Source: Podarcis erhardii
Lineage: Eukaryota
Length of the DNA: 64,000 nt
NCBI GenBank assembly: GCA_964252035.1
Contig: OZ176202.1
Direction: 5' to 3' (one strand)
Shown here piece after piece: positions 36,367-51,358 of this stretch. A program made the translations under genes and the position numbers. The notes below the pieces were generated by a model, which saw only the letters and a list, made by a program, of their open reading frames with translations, did no database searches and had not been told where the DNA came from. Positions within the stretch are counted from its first letter, which is position 1; every line of letters starts with the position of its first letter.

Positions 36367-39300
36367 CAGCCTCAGTGCATTGGTTGCTTATTCTGTAGTG
36401 TGTATAATGAGCTAAGATGGAGAAAGTACTTTGATTCAGGAAAAAAAAATACAGTATTGGAAAGTGTTGCCACAAAATAGCCATGCCACTGAAATTATGT
36501 ACAAAATAAGCAACAGAAAGGGATGCAGGTCATGGCAGTTAAATTGATCTGAAATATTAATTGTATTAATTTACAGATAATTTTCAGGTTGACGTTAACT
36601 GGAATTTCCTTTTAATCTACTTTGGCTTGTAAATAAAGTAAGAAATTCTTACTGTTGTTGGTACCAGTACTGTGTTATCTGTTTCATTTCCGTTGCATCT
36701 CTCTACCCCAGCCATAAAAAATTGTTCTTGTTTCCCCCTGTACTGTTCCAGTGCTGTGACCTTGCATGTTTTCATGTGGAGCACCCTTCTCACTGTAGAA
36801 CTTCAAAGATTTCTCCCCTCCTGCCCCAACATACACATTTTAGAGTAGAGTGCTCTTTTGGACTGTATCATCTATATGCCAAATCGATGCCCTAAAGGTT
36901 TGAAGAGAGGTCTTTAGTAGCTGCTTTGCAGTCTTGGAATTCATTTTCCTTAGAGTTACATAGTGGTTCAAGTCTCAGTGTTTATTGGATACACTATCAG
37001 ACTGGAAAAGGGTTAAGCAGATGTACTTTTTAAAGTACTTCTAAAAACATGGTTATTTTATTCTGATGGGTTCATGGTGTCATACTTTTAAATCACCAAT
37101 ATGTGTGTTGAGATCTAGATAATGAATGAGATAGAAATTGATAGAAATAAATGAAAATGTGCACTACCCCAGTCCTTAAAAACTACAAACAAGTTTGCAT
37201 GCTTTTAGGCATTTTGAGATGAAAACAGTTCGTTCTGTGTTTGGAAGAAGTATCTTGGTTGTATGGCACATTTGTCTGGGCTAGCTTGGAAGACGACAAA
37301 ATGAAACTGCACACCTGACTGAATTGTTCTAGCCATAGATCCTTGTATTCCGGCTTTTGATTTCCTGCTTGATTATGTTGATGACTAATGAAGTGTTTCA
37401 TATGATCACCATGGCTTCTTTTAGCCTTTCAGGAAGGCAAGCCAAACTTGGTGGCCCTATATTACAGCCTACTGGAAGGCTTATAAACATGTTGTTTTTT
37501 GCACCCCCAAGCAACACAGGTGGATATACCATAGTTGGGACATAGCTCCTTAAAAGTTGTTCAGATTTGGTAGTTTACCCTCAATTTTTGGAAGTGTAGA
37601 CAATTCAGTTGTGCATGAACAATGGTCCAAGCATGAATTCTTTACATAGAAATTCAATTTATTTCTATGGTACTTACTTCAAGCAAGTGTGCTATGGATC
37701 AAGGGAAACTGCCCCATATGAAAGAGCCTGACTTACTTTGGTTGAGGTTACTGAAATTTCAACTATGGTTGCAGTGTGTTGATGTGTGTGCTTTTTTAAA
37801 GGGGAAGTGGCAGAGCAATCTAGTATTGTTTTAAAGTACAGCTGAACAAGTGAAGAAACTTTAGCTTGGAAGTGTTGTTTCCTTAATTTTGGAAATTAAA
37901 CTTGTTGACTTGAAATCCATTGTGATACAACATTGATAATATTCTGTATTATCTGCATAGGCAAATCTTACTCATAGTGCAGTCCTCCACAAATCATGAG
38001 TACTGACTGAAGTTATGAAAACGTGACCTACTACTTGTGGTTTTGCTTAATCACCTGTTGAGTGAAATTGTCTGGGGTTTGTAAGGCACAAGACACCTTT
38101 AGTGAGATTGAAATTAATATGACATTCAAATTCCACTTTGGAATCTGTAAAGGTGGATTTTGAAATCAGATATTGGCTTAAATATTTTGAATCACACTCG
38201 TGGGTGGGTTCTTATTTAATGTTCACAATTCATCCTTGACATTTTGAAATGCATTTTTAATCGTAGACACTCTAATCAAAGAGAAGGCAACATCTTTTTT
38301 TTAAGCAATTGAGAATTAACTGAGGCATAAGTATATTCATCACTGCAGTTCCATTTCTGCTGTGTTCTGGCTCTGTCCTGGCATCTAGAGATTGTGGGTA
38401 GCGGATTGTGGTTGCAATTGGACCCATGCCAGTCACAAAATGTGCCTGGCACCTTGCTAATTTCGAACACTGGAGATAGGCCTTTGGTCTAATTCAGCAG
38501 TACTATCCTTGTGTTCTTAAGGCACTTAAAAACAGCAGAAATTATCTAGAATTGTTGTGATTTCCTGAGAATTGTTGAGAGATAGCTTCTTCATATGAGC
38601 TTGGGCTGCTTGGGTCTCCTCCAATAGTGGGTCTATAACTTGCAAATGGTACCTTGAAGATTATGGACCTCATAAGGCTTTTGCATATCTTTTAGAATCT
38701 CTTGGACTGCAGATGATCTGGGACACCTAACTAATGTTAAATTGAGTGGAGAATAATATTTTTGTTTTTCGTTCTCTGTAATATTCCTTATATTGATAGC
38801 AGTTGCAGTGCACAATATGTAGTGCACAGTATAAAAAATTGTAGGGACTGGTCACTCTTTGAGTTTGGAAGATTGCTTTGATATTTTACCAACTAGAAGT
38901 TACCATTCCCCCTAGGAGTTAGCCATGAGTGTTGAGTGATGGATACTGGTGGCAGAGAGAGCATAAGGGAATGGGGGTGTCTTTTGCCAAAGACTCCCAT
39001 TTGCAGACATCGGCTAACTACACAGAATGCTTCTATTTGAAAAATGACCCAGCTTCTACAGAGACAAGAGCTGATATAAGATAGATACAAAGCTTCTGCT
39101 TAGACAAATGCTCATTAGAGCATTCAGAGACTTCAAGATTTTTACAATGATGCATTGTTTCAGATAAGAGTCCTTTACAGGTGATGCCTTGTGGACGTAG
39201 CCCTTTAAATAGGCAAGATGAAGTAACCAATGCTGGTTCCAAAGTTGTAAATGTCTTGTGAACAGAAACAGCTTCCTAGTGTCCTTATAATAGGAAACAA

Positions 39301-40836
39301 CAGTGTACCTTGTGGTATATCATAATTACTGCCAAAGGTTTTTGTGGCAGACCTCAAGCACAACAAACTCTCATTTAACTTGAATTGAATCCTTACAGTT
39401 GGTGGCTTCAGTCAAGCAGTTCTATGACAATGCAGTTAGTGTTATGACTTCTGCATAATCAAATTGAAAAGCAACAATTACCTGAAGTAATCACATTTAC
39501 CTAATTAGAAAATGGCTTTCTTTCAGTAGGCAACGCTTTAGAAGCTTTGCCAAAAGTGTGGTGGCCATGATGCTTTTGAGTCTTTAGTCTAGTTTGCAGA
39601 GATTCTAAAAACTTGCCCAACAATTGAAGGTTTGACTGTTGAAATTGAAGCTTATAAGGGGCAGTTCATTCATCCCCTGTACATTTCCATAGGATTTACT
39701 GTTTTCTGTATGCAGACATAAAACTCTGCTAAGATTCAGCTCTCCTTAGACTTGTTGCAGTTGCCTATCATAACTGTAAATGGTAGAGTTTTATATGCTC
39801 TTCATATTAAAAGGGTCTTTTGAATTGAGGCTGGTTTCAATGCAACAACTTATGTCTGGAGAGTCTGTGCTGATACTGTTTTATCTTGGATAAGAGCTTC
39901 ATAAAAGCTTCTCTAACTTTTATAATAAGGCTTAATATTATTTTTCATGTATTAAATTGAATTAATCTAGGAATACATATCTTAACTTGTTTTGGATTGA
40001 AAGATGGCTGTCACATTATGATGGCAGATTTTGACATATCTGAGATACTGATTCTCCCTTCAGATTACAGTTTTTTTTCAAGTTAATATACAACTTAGTC
40101 AACTTCAGTGGGGATTTAAAAAGATTAGCTGCCTATTTGGCAAGATGATCAAATAAGAATCATCCAGATTTGAATGCTTTACTTTTTAATGTAAACCTAG
40201 GGCTGATGTACACTTCTGGTGGCAAATATGGGTCTGCAAAACTTGACTGATCCTTGCAGCTAGATAGGGGTGGGGTTTCAGTTTCTAGGGGAATAGAAGC
40301 AGGTGGGTGTGAGGTACTTAATTCTTCCCTTGCTGCTTTTGCTCACATAACAATTCTTTTCTCCACAGTTTTTTCTCATTTTATATGGGAGACCCCATAC
40401 CTGGGAAACTTTACTGAGAGAAAAAGAGGTGCAGGAGGGGGTTTCAGGGAAAAGCAGTGGGCAAGGGTATGTTCTGAGACCCTTTACAATTATTTTACTT
40501 CAGGCTTCTCAAAAATAGTTTGCAAAGTTAGCAAGTGGGGAGAAACTACAGTGCTTTTGTTCTGTAAATATGGCCCCCTCCGTGGATGGGGTTACCATGT
40601 GTGCATTCGACCCATATATAAAGTTTACCAAACCTAAAAGTAAACTGCTAAGTTTTTTGTTGTTGAAAAATATTTTAAATAAAGCAAATACAGTTTTTTT
40701 ATAAAAAGAGAAAGAAACCATTTTTGAAGAGGTATTCAAAATAGTAAAAAGCCAGATCAAATTTATTATTAATTTTTAGGTAATTTTATAATTCATAGCT
40801 TATTTTTCTTATGGTATTTTTCTTGTCTTTCTATAG

Positions 40837-41105
40837 GGATTAAAGANNNNNNNNNNNNNNNNNNNNNNNNNNNNNNNNNNNNNNNNNNNNNNNNNNNNNN
40901 NNNNNNNNNNNNNNNNNNNNNNNNNNNNNNNNNNNNNNNNNNNNNNNNNNNNNNNNNNNNNNNNNNNNNNNNNNNNNNGTCTTAGAGGATTCGCTGAAGA
41001 ACATGCTCAGTGATAAGGACCCTATGCTAGGATCTGCAAGTGCTCAGTTCTGTTTGCCTGTTTTGGATAGCACTGATCCCAATTTCCAGATGCCTTGTTC
41101 AACAG
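40837..41105 (+). CDS. PHF3: PHF3 exon 2, first coding exon; start codon hidden in the N gap; visible part VLEDSLKNMLSDKDPMLGSASAQFCLPVLDSTDPNFQMPCST
   Basis: Pyrimidine tract and CTATAG acceptor at 40836; translation of 40979-41104 matches the PHF3 N-terminus as I recall it; donor ACAG|GTAAAT. Confidence 0.9.
40847..40978. other. Run of 132 N (assembly gap or masked bases)
   Basis: Seen directly in sequence. Confidence 0.99.
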
Positions 41106-44100
41106 GTAAATCTTAATATTTTTTAAGTATACACTTTTGAATAGAGCAGAAGCTGGTGGTGTTCCATTTTGCTCTGATAACATGAATCCTTTCCCCCCGC
41201 TCTGCTTCATGGCTTGGAGTCTAAGGTTAAACCACTAGTTTTCCTTCACTTCACTTGAGGTAACCATTATATTTATTGAGGAGCTTTAAAATAAGTTGTG
41301 GAGAGGAATAATTAGGATTATTTTCAGATAGTGTTTATCTTACTAAAATAGGGATTTGGTTTGCATAGCATTGCAGTTTTAGGTTGCACTTGTTTCAGAA
41401 AGCGTACCTCTTGATTTGACTGAGGTACTTTCATTTCATTTAACACCTAATTTGTATACCGCCTTTCTATATTCCTATACACAAGGCAGTTTGCAAACTG
41501 AAGAAGCAACAAAATAAAAACATCACACACCTAACAATCTGATCCAATACAAAAAAGTCATGATCAAAGCATAACTTTAAAATAAACAACTTGTATTGAG
41601 TAAAGCAATATTCAATAATCCATTAGAATATAATAGTAAATAATAAAATTAAATATCAGCAAATAATAGTTAAATAGTTTGCACTTAACAATTGCAATAA
41701 ATAATTACTAAACTATAATCAATAAAACTGATGGCAAATTACCATGCATAAAATACCACAAAACATACAGCACCATGTAAAAGGATCAGATTGAGAAACA
41801 AGGACACACAACTTATGAAGCTATTAAAAAAAAGAAGCCCTGAACTCTTCTTCTCTCTTCCCAGCTGTTTCTGTTCTTCTCAAAGTCATTGTCTGGGAAA
41901 TACACCTAGGGCTGGAGGGTGGGGCAAAGCAGGTGGGAAAAGCCATTGCCTGATGGCCAGCACAAGCTCTCTCCCCCCTCACTGTTCTTCATTTGGAAAC
42001 ATCTCTCTTATGAAGGCTCCTCGCAGTGGCAGCAAATTGTCGTTAAAGGGTTTACAGAGCAGATTGGATATGCATTCATCAGATAGATGGTGTTTCAGTG
42101 CAGAAAGTTTCCTTTGGATGACTTTTAGGGTATTTACTGTAAAATGGTTCTCTTGTTTGGGGTGGCTACTGTGTTAAATACTTTTAATGTTAAAATTTGA
42201 TCATTCTATGGTGGTTCCCTGTGTAATGTCATCATAAATGATAGTACCTTATGCAGCAAGTTGACTGCCAGCCAGGAACAATGGGGTTGAATGGAGCACA
42301 GAGCCACTGGGCCCTTCTGCTTCCAGTGGTCAGGACTGGAGGTAGGAGGTACAGTGGAAATGTTATTTTCCACTGCACCGTTATCAGGCTGTCTTATACT
42401 GGCAGTGAGTGATCTACCACCTTTTTTTAGGGGTTCAGGTCAAAGTTGTTGAGCTTTTTTTAGAGAGGGGAAGTGCAGCTGGGAAAATAGAAGGAGGATC
42501 AAAAGACTGCTGTGGATCTCCCTCTTCCACTGACTGGCAGTAGCTCTTCAAGATTTCAGGCAGGAGTCTTTCTTAGTCCTACCTGGAGATGCCTGGAATT
42601 GAATTTGGGACTTTATATATGAGAAGCAGATGTTCTGCCAATGAGCTGCAGCCCTTCGTGCAAAGGAACACCTCTTTTTCAAACCCATGCAAGCATTCGG
42701 TCTCCCTTCTAAACAAGTGTTTAGCCACCACATGATCCTAACATTCTGCTTTTTCCATGTTATTGTTGCGGGCAGCTCCTGTTCACCCAACTCCTCCTTG
42801 AATATTAGTGTGGAAAAGAATAGGAGGAATTTCATGGCATTTATTTATTTATTATTTAACCATTTCTATACTGGTTAATTTAATATACAAATGCAATTAA
42901 TTAAAAAACAACACAGTGCAGGGTTCATAAAAAGCAGTGTAAACCCACACAGCAGTGTAAAATCAGTAAGCAACACTTTAAAATTAGCAAGGAGTATACA
43001 AGATAGCTTTAAGAACTAAAAGCAAGGAATTTAAAAAGCCTGGGAGAGGAAAAAAATGTTTTGCATATAATTGAGCATTAAAAGTGCTGATGAAAATTGA
43101 ACTTCCATCCGAAGGCAATGTGTTTAAAACTCTTAAAAGAAACATTGGTCAGACATAATGATTTCCAGAGGGCTAACCACCTTAGGCAACAATTCTGTAG
43201 TTGCTTACTTGGGAATGAATGGGGCACATTCAACTCAGTAGGACTTATTTCTGAGTAGGATTGTATAGGAACTCTCTGTTAGTCTGTTGCAGCAACAGTT
43301 TTGAACCATTTTAAGACTAACTTGGCTTCTGATGAAATTGACTGTAGTCCACAAAACTTTATACCATAATACAGGTGTTAATCTTTAAGGTGCCACACTA
43401 CTGTTTATTTGTTTTCATGGGTCACAGTGTAGCAAATGCTGTTGTTTTGAAGAAACAGTTGAAGAAACTAGTCTTTAACTATGCTTTTATCGTCTTTTAA
43501 TCAATGAACCTTACACTAAATGGCCTTAGTAGAAAATTACTGAGTACTTTTCCAGTCCAGGATTCCTGCTATGGCCACGGTGGGCTCCTAATAATGGTAT
43601 TTTTATACTTGGAATTTGGTTGGGGACAGAACAGTTACACAGAGATGCAGAAAAAGCAACCCCCCGTTATTACTTTTTGGTAGACACTGACAATTTCTTG
43701 CAAATATTGTTGGAAAATAGTAGTAGCTGTGTTGACTTTTCTCTTTTGATCACTAACTTTGGCAGATTTTGTAGAAATGGAATTGATCAAACATTTTACT
43801 AGCAATTTCGCTTATACTTCCATCTCTTCCCCATTAAGTTGTGCATGCTGAGCAAGCGTTGGATGTCTAGTCAGAAAAGTCACAGTCCTAGCCAGAAATA
43901 GGTTGGTGGTAACCAACATGGCAGTGGCAACCTTGGCGTTCCAAATTTCAGTGGCACCCTGTGTGATGCCAAAATCTGCCCCCCCCAAGCCCCACTCCCT
44001 GTCTCTCACCTTCTATTGGATGTCATAGTTGTGGTGCCTCATAGTTGCCCCAGTGTGACTGCACCATTTGTGCTCCCTTAGATCTCCCTTTGAACATACT

Positions 44101-45136
44101 GTACCTTGTTGAATGCATGATATCTAGCTCCCTGGAATGCTGGGGTAAGGGAGATACAGTTTATAGAAGTTTCTGAAGCCCCTGGGGCACTTCACAGTTT
44201 AGATTTGCTGTATCAAACTTAACTCTAGTAGTTTGTATCCAGTGGTGTCCTTCAAGCTGAAAGGTTGTTTTTTTAAATCCAGCATAGATTTTCAATCAGT
44301 AGGGAGGTGGGAGGAAATCTTTCCACTTCCTGCTCCCCCTGCAGCCACCCCACTCCATCTCCCATGCTATTGTAAAAGGTCTTTCAGTCCTTTGGAACAG
44401 AGTTTTGGGGGTGTGCATAGTGGAGGGGGAATCAGCAAAAATAATTTCCTTTCCCATTCCACTGATAAAAGCACCTGCTGGATCAAACAGTCTTTGATTA
44501 GTGTGAGGGACACTATTGGATTTAACAAATTTTTTTAAGAACCTGACATGCATTATGTTATAACTTAGCAGGTGGCATTGATAGTTTCCATTGTCAGCTT
44601 ACACTTTTCTGAATTTTCAGTGGGCAAAATCTAATAGATAGTTGAGTATCCTAGGGTATAGCGCAGGGTATTTTTTTATCTGAAAGACACTGAGGCATTT
44701 GTACATGTAGATTTCATAAATCTATTTTCTGCTGAGCAATAAGCATCTGTTTCCAGTTTAGGCCTGCCTGATCTTATCTTGCTGGTGTTCTTGGTTGAAT
44801 AGCAGATGGCGGCTCTTTTTCCTTTGGCCAGTGGATGAGGTCTGAGTTTCTGTTTTCCCTTCCTTCTGCATTCTTGGGGCAATTGGTAGCTGGAGCTGAC
44901 AATTCTTTTGGCAGGTGTGGGGAAAGCATTTACCCTTGAGCTCCCCCTTCTATTCTCAATGGATGGGATGAGGCTGGTCTCCTCCTTAACATGATGTTCT
45001 TCCTGGGATGCTAGAGGAACACCTTCCCACTGGCCCTTGGTATCCTGGCTGATCGTACAGAGCAGAGTGTGCTGCCTTTCAGTTCTACAGCCCCATTTTT
45101 TAATTAGCTGGCATAATATAAAGGCATCCTGTATAT

Positions 45137-45406
45137 TAGGGTTGCCACACGTTTGAATTTTCCCGGTCATATCGAGAATACTGCAGTTGCAAGCAGCGTC
45201 TGGGCAGAAATCGGCTAAATGTGTTGGAAGATCTGGACGTATGGCAGCCCATGTTGGCTGGGTCATTGTTGCTGATTTTCCTTAGAAATAGCTCAAAAAT
45301 GTCATTTCTTTGCAGTTTTGCAAAAAAAAGCTCAATTTTGGCTCAAAATACGAAGTTCAACAACTTTTTTGTCTGGATTTTTACTTTTTGAAATATGGTA
45401 ACCCTG
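45137..45406. mobile_element. hAT-type MITE
   Basis: TIR TAGGGTTGCCA / TGGTAACCCTG; 8-bp TSD CTGTATAT / CTCTATAT. Confidence 0.8.
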
Positions 45407-46718
45407 CTCTATATATAAACATTGATGCCTTTTTCCTCCTTACCCTAATATTTGCCTCTAGTAGTTTGCACTGGTGGTTGACAGTTCTTACAGACCTACC
45501 ATTGCATTTCTAAAAATATAGCTTTTAATATTCTAAGACCTTTGTTCTCTGAGCTATCCTCCTAATGATATAATAGCAAATGGAACTTTTTTTTTTGTAT
45601 TTGCTTTGATATATGCTCCTAAAGGGTGTTTACAATCTGACATCTTATTCCATGTCTTTCTCCCTTCCCCTCATCCCCTAGCTAGTGTAATACTAGTTAG
45701 CATATGCTTCTATGCTCTTTGGCTAGGATCCAGAGTTTCATACAACTAATTCTGTGCGCCCACTGGGGCTTTGACTTGTTTGCTGCATGACAAACTCAGG
45801 AGACTTTCCCAAGCGTGAAAGTTTATTGAAGTCAGAAATAATTTTTAAATAAACTTTATTGAATTTATTAAAATCCACTGGGTCACTGGGTGAAAGTTCT
45901 TGGGTTTCTTTAGATGCTGACCATTGTTTCGTAGTGTGGTGAAGCTGTCCAGCAGGTTTTCTGTTTCCCTTGGCTCTCTTGCTTAAAATGCAAGGAAGAC
46001 CCAAATGGATCCTGCTCTTCCATCAGTCTACCTAATCAAGCGAATGACAAATGGTGAGCATTGTTAGAGGCATTTACCTTTATACTTCTCTTGGGAATGG
46101 TTTGGCTACTTGACATTTCTCTGCGTAGAGCAACTTCTGGATGCAGGTGCATGGAGGAGAAGCTTTCTGACATGGCATATCCAAACTTACAGGCAGGGCA
46201 ATATCCAGGTGGCATGGGACCCAGGGCCCCCTGTTACATTTTTATATAGGTGCAAGTCTGTTTCTGAAACAGTACAAGGAGGCAGAACCAGTGCTAGAAA
46301 TTCTGGTATATCAGGTGGTCTCCAAATGGCACCTTGAATCTTATGTTGTGGTCGCTACAACAGAATATCTGTTCGCTAGGGGTTGGATGAAATGGCCCTT
46401 GGGACCCCTTCTAATGCTACAGTTCTATGATTCTATGATCTCTGTAGCTTGCTCTTATAACAGTTCACTTGCCCCAGTATGCAAGAAGGAGAAACATGTA
46501 CAGTGGAAATTAAAATGGTATGAATTATGGAGCAGGATAGAGCTTTTTAAACTGTGGTTGCCAACATGGCGCCCAGAAAGCTCAATGTATTTGCAATTGG
46601 ACGTGCGCCAGTGCAAAAGGCATCTGGCTAATTTTGAACACCTTGGAGCAGCATACAGTCCCATGTCTCAAGGATTCTTCTAGATGTTTGCTCTTAACTC
46701 CTTTAAATAGATGCTGGG

Positions 46719-46719
<1 letters not shown>

Positions 46720-46762
<43 letters not shown>

Positions 46763-47280
46763 TAATTTATTTATACCATGCCCATCTGGCTGGGCTTCCC
46801 CAGCCACTCTGGGTGGCTTCCAACAAAATATTAAAGTACCGTAATACATCAAACATTAAAAGCTTCCCTAAACAGGGCTGCCTTCAGATGTGTTCTAAAA
46901 GTCTGGTAGTTGTTCTCTTTGACATCTGGTGGGAGGGCGTTCCACAGGACGGGCGCCACTACTGAGAAGGCCCTCTGCCTGGTTCCCTGTAACTTGGCTT
47001 CTCGCAGTGAGGGAACTGCCAGAAGGCTCTCGGCACTGGACCTCAGTGTCCTGGTAGAATGATGGGGGTGGAGACGCTCCTTCAGATATACTGGACCGAG
47101 GCTGTTTAGGGCTTTAAAGGTCAGCACCAACACTTTGAATTGTGCTTGGAAATGTACTGTGAGTCAATGTAGGTCTTTCAAGACTGGTGTTATGTGGTCT
47201 CAGCTGCCACTCCCAGTCACCAGTCTAGCTGCCGCATTCTGGATTAGTTGTAGTTTCCGGGTCACCTTCAAATGTAGCCC
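46720..47280 (-). mobile_element. L2-clade LINE 3' fragment with (ATT)n tail
   Basis: FKVLVLTFKALNSLGPVYLKERL...RAFSVVAPVLWNALP motifs; (AAT)n at about 46720-46763; same family as 29495-29930. Confidence 0.88.
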
Positions 47281-47947
47281 CAACTTGAAATTGTATACAT
47301 ACAAAATACACATTATACTACCACCAGGCCAGCAAAAACAAAACAAAGAACTTTAGAACTTTAGGGATTGTGTTATAGCAGTTATTTCTAGGACACATGC
47401 CATATCCACTTGCTTTGTACAATAGCTTTGCTAATAGCAAAATGTAAAATTGTATTTAATGGTATTCTCCAGTCTTTTCAAATATTACTTGCTAATGCAT
47501 AATACTGGCAGAGCCAAATGGATATGTGCCTTTCTTTACCCAAGTGGTTTGAGTTAAAATTTCAGAGGCAAAGCAAAATGTGTCATCTGATGTTTGGAAA
47601 TTGGTAGGTAGGCAGTCCCACCCACCTGTCTAAATGGCCCATGAGGATTAGGCTATTAAAGGATACGGATTACTGACTAGAAATGCCTCCCTACTGGTTC
47701 CACGTTTAGTTCTTCCAAAGCATAATCATTTAGTACTTGTAGAAACTTGACTCTTTGTTATGACTACATTTTCTTTTATGTTGTCAGATTTCTGGTAGTT
47801 GGAAATCATCCCTTGTTGCTTCATTTCCAGTGCATGTTGCATTTCTTTCCTTTGGAGTTTGGTATATTACTTTTTTCTGGTGTTTGTGTGCATGTATATT
47901 TATTTAAAGCATTTTTATTCAGCTCAAAAAGCTCCTATAGTCGCTTA

Positions 47948-48283
47948 AAGGTAAAGGTAAAGGACCCCTGACAGTTAAGTCCAGTCACGAAAGACTATGG
48001 GGTTGCGGCGCTCACAGCGTTTGTCCACAGACAGTTTTTCTGGGTCATGTGGCCAGCATGACTAAGCTGCTTCTGGCGAAACCAGAGCAGTGCATGGAAA
48101 TGCCATTTACCTTCCCGCCGCAGTGGTACCTATTTATCTACTTGCACTTTGACATGCTTTCGAACTGCTAGGTTGGCCGGAGCTGGGACCGAACAACGGG
48201 AGCTCACTCCGTCACGGGGATTCAAACCGCCGACCTTCCAACCGGCAAGCCCAAGGCTCAGTGGTTTGCGCCACCCACGTCCC
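47948..48283 (-). mobile_element. Sauria-type SINE with internal deletion
   Basis: Reverse complement of the 1266-1617 family; (AAAGGT)n tail; 16-bp TSD CTCCTATAGT[C/G]GCTTA at 47932-47947 and 48284-48299. Confidence 0.9.
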
Positions 48284-49445
48284 CTCCTATAGTGGCTTAC
48301 ATGACATCAAATAAAAATACAATAGTCATTACCAGTAGGTTTACACTTAAAAGACATGATATAAAATGGATTGGGGTATGGGGGAGAAAACAAGTAAGCT
48401 TAGGACCAATTTTTAAAGTTATATAGTAGTTCCTGTGAGACCCCCTGGAATGGAAATAACTGAGGGAGAGGAGCAGCTCAGTGGAGCTGGTCTCTCAGTA
48501 GACCTGATGAAATATCATGTTCACTGTCTACTTCCTTAATTAAGAAGATACTGTATTTTAAATATTTCCACATTATGCGTGTGATGATTCCTAATCCAAC
48601 TAATTTACTTTATTGTCCTAATCATTTTGTTGTTCATTTATTCTAGAAGATAATGACAGCAAGTGCTTCTTAACCATTATGTTTTTCTGTTTTGTTGCAT
48701 CTGAAAAGGCCTTGAAATTATGAAAATCCTCTTTTCTTTAAAAGTTGCTGTCGTGTGCGGGATTTTGCAGTTAGGAGGCATTTGTTCTGGTGTCTTGGAA
48801 CAGTTGCTTTTGATTTTTTTTTTCATCCTGTATCTTTTTGATTTTTTTTTACAAAAATGTGCAGAACATTAGATAGCAGCTGATGTTCCTGTGAATGAAA
48901 ATGGAGATTATAGTGAGGAATGTAGGATGCCTAGGGACAAGTCTATTCACCCGCTTACTTCACAGTATATGAAACAGTAGGGCAGGGTGGGGAGAACTCC
49001 ATTCACCCTTCCTTGTTGGATAGTGGAGGCTTGCAGAAGTATTTTTCTCTGCTGCCTTGTTACAAAGTCTACCTCTTCTTTCTGAGTCTCCAGATTGGTA
49101 AAGATGAAAGTGAAGGGAGATAGAAGGGGTTGTATGTTGAAGATCCTTCCCTGCCCGCCGCCGCTGCTTTAATATGCTGTTCTCCTTTCTTTCCTTTTAA
49201 TCCTTGTGGGTAGTTCTTTTAAAAATGCAGGTCAAAGTGAATAGAAGTATGAGCAGGGGTATCTCTTAAGGGGCCAGTTTTAACATAGGGCTTCTCAGTT
49301 GCTGATTCCTAGGGTGCATATGACATTGATGGAGTATGACTGCAGGTGTCAAGATAACTTGTGTCAAGATGCTGAAACTATTCTTAAAGTGACAGTTTTG
49401 TAGAGAAGTATAGATTTTTGGCATATTTCACTATAACTTAATATA

Positions 49446-49660
49446 CAGTGGTACCTCGGGTTACATACGCTTCAGGTTACATACACTTCAGGTTACAGAC
49501 TCCGCTAACCCAGAAATAGTGCTTCAGGTTAAGAACAGAAATCGTGTTCCGGCGGCAGCGGGAGGCCCCATTAGCTAAAGTGGTGTTTCAGGTTAAGAAC
49601 AGTTTCAGGTTAAGAACGGACCTCCGGAATGAATTAAGTTCTTAACCCGAGGTATCACTG
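49446..49660 (-). mobile_element. Tc1/mariner-type MITE, inverted relative to 8417-8658
   Basis: Same TIRs and TA TSD; internal sequence is the reverse complement of the 8417 copy. Confidence 0.9.
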
Positions 49661-51358
49661 TATTTATTTTGGCCTGAAGTTGAATGAGTTTTAATGTAGT
49701 TTTAATGTATTTGTATACACTGTCTTGTCTACAAGGCTTGAATCCAGTGTAGTGCTAAGGAACTTCCCTGTAAGCACAATGATTTCTACTAGCACAAAAG
49801 GACTTCCCCGCTGCCACCCCCCGCTTGCCCCCAGATATGTTCTGGGTTTTTCCCTACCACTTCAAAGCAGATTTGGGGTGGGGAGGGGGGAAATGGGATG
49901 ACGGGGTTGGATATCACCCATTAAATGCAGTATATAAATAATTCAGATAAACAAATTAAGGAGATATTGAGTGATTAGCTTTGCCTGCAAAAGCTGTTAT
50001 GACTCTCTTAAATAAAATTGTGAATCCTAGTGTAGGTAGGAAGATGCCAAAATGAAACAGATTTTTGTATGGGTGCTAATGGAAATGTTCACACTACCTC
50101 CTACAGCTTTGTCGCATGTAGGGGAAGAAAAGTTGGAGAAGGATTAGAATTAAAAGTTTCTTAGGGCATTGTGAATAATTGGCAGTTGTAATCATATTTG
50201 AAAGTGTGATATTCTGATGTCTCCTTTAGTTTGTTGTTTTGGGGTATGTTTTTTTCTTCTACTTTTTTTTATAGAACTTGTATTTTGTAGATTATGTTGT
50301 TAGGCCATCTAGAAATAACAGGCCAGGAGGTAAAAGAAACATAAGGACAAAAGCACCAGCTACTTTCGAACGAGTTTATGTCATCAGGGCTGGATGAATT
50401 GCATCCCAGGATAGTAAAGGAACTTTTTGATGTACTCTCGGAGTATCTGTCTAACACAGACCTTTATATCCCACCACCTGCCTCATGGGCAATCCAGCCC
50501 ACTTGCTAAAGTTTACTCCTGAGGGAGGGGTCTGCTTTGCCAGTGCATTCACCACAGGGAACAGAGTGGGTCTAGTCACTCCATGGATGAGCTTGAGGGT
50601 TCAATCCTAGAAATGAATTGATTGATGAGTATCTTGCAGCTCACATAACTGGAGGGCTGTTGAGGTTGGCTTAACAGAAGTTGTGCAGGTCTGACTTACA
50701 CTCTTCATGTGTGAACTGGCCTTAGTAAGGGGGTAGGAATATGGCATTTAACGTTGATCCTGTGCATTTTACATGGAAATAAATCCCACTGAGTTCAGTG
50801 GGGCATATTCCAGTTAAGTGTGCAGAGGGCTGCAGCCCTAGGCTATGGTTCTCAGTCTCTGACTGGGAGCTTAGCAGGTGAGTCATCTATTAATAGTTCT
50901 CATGATGCAGACTAACATGTTCTGGATTTTAAAAATCTAAAAACAAATCTCTAAAATTAAAAAGGTAAAGGAGATTGTCACTTTTGGATCAGCTCTTTCC
51001 ATTGTTAAATTCTCTTTCTCTTAGGTGGGAAGGGACAGTGAGGGGACAGCTGATCATTTAAGGACTGAGAACTTCCTGTGGCAAATCAATAAAATGTGAG
51101 TCCTTTAAAATTGGCTATGACTCTTTCTCAAGGACCATGTATGAGAAATATACTGCTCTGGATGACTACTTATTTTACCTGCCCAGTGGGATAGTTTGTA
51201 TATCATGCTTCCTAATTATCCCTTCAGTCTTATTTCTCTCTGTGCCCCCTCCCCATGCATCATTTCCCTTTAGTTAGTCTAAGTCTCCCAGCTACTTTCA
51301 TGAGACTGCAGCCCTAATAGATACTTTTAAGGTTTAGGATTTTTATTTCTATTTTTAG

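Noticed and set aside
44676-45266. 196-aa minus-strand ORF
   Set aside because: Starts within a MITE; no splice or domain support; antisense intronic
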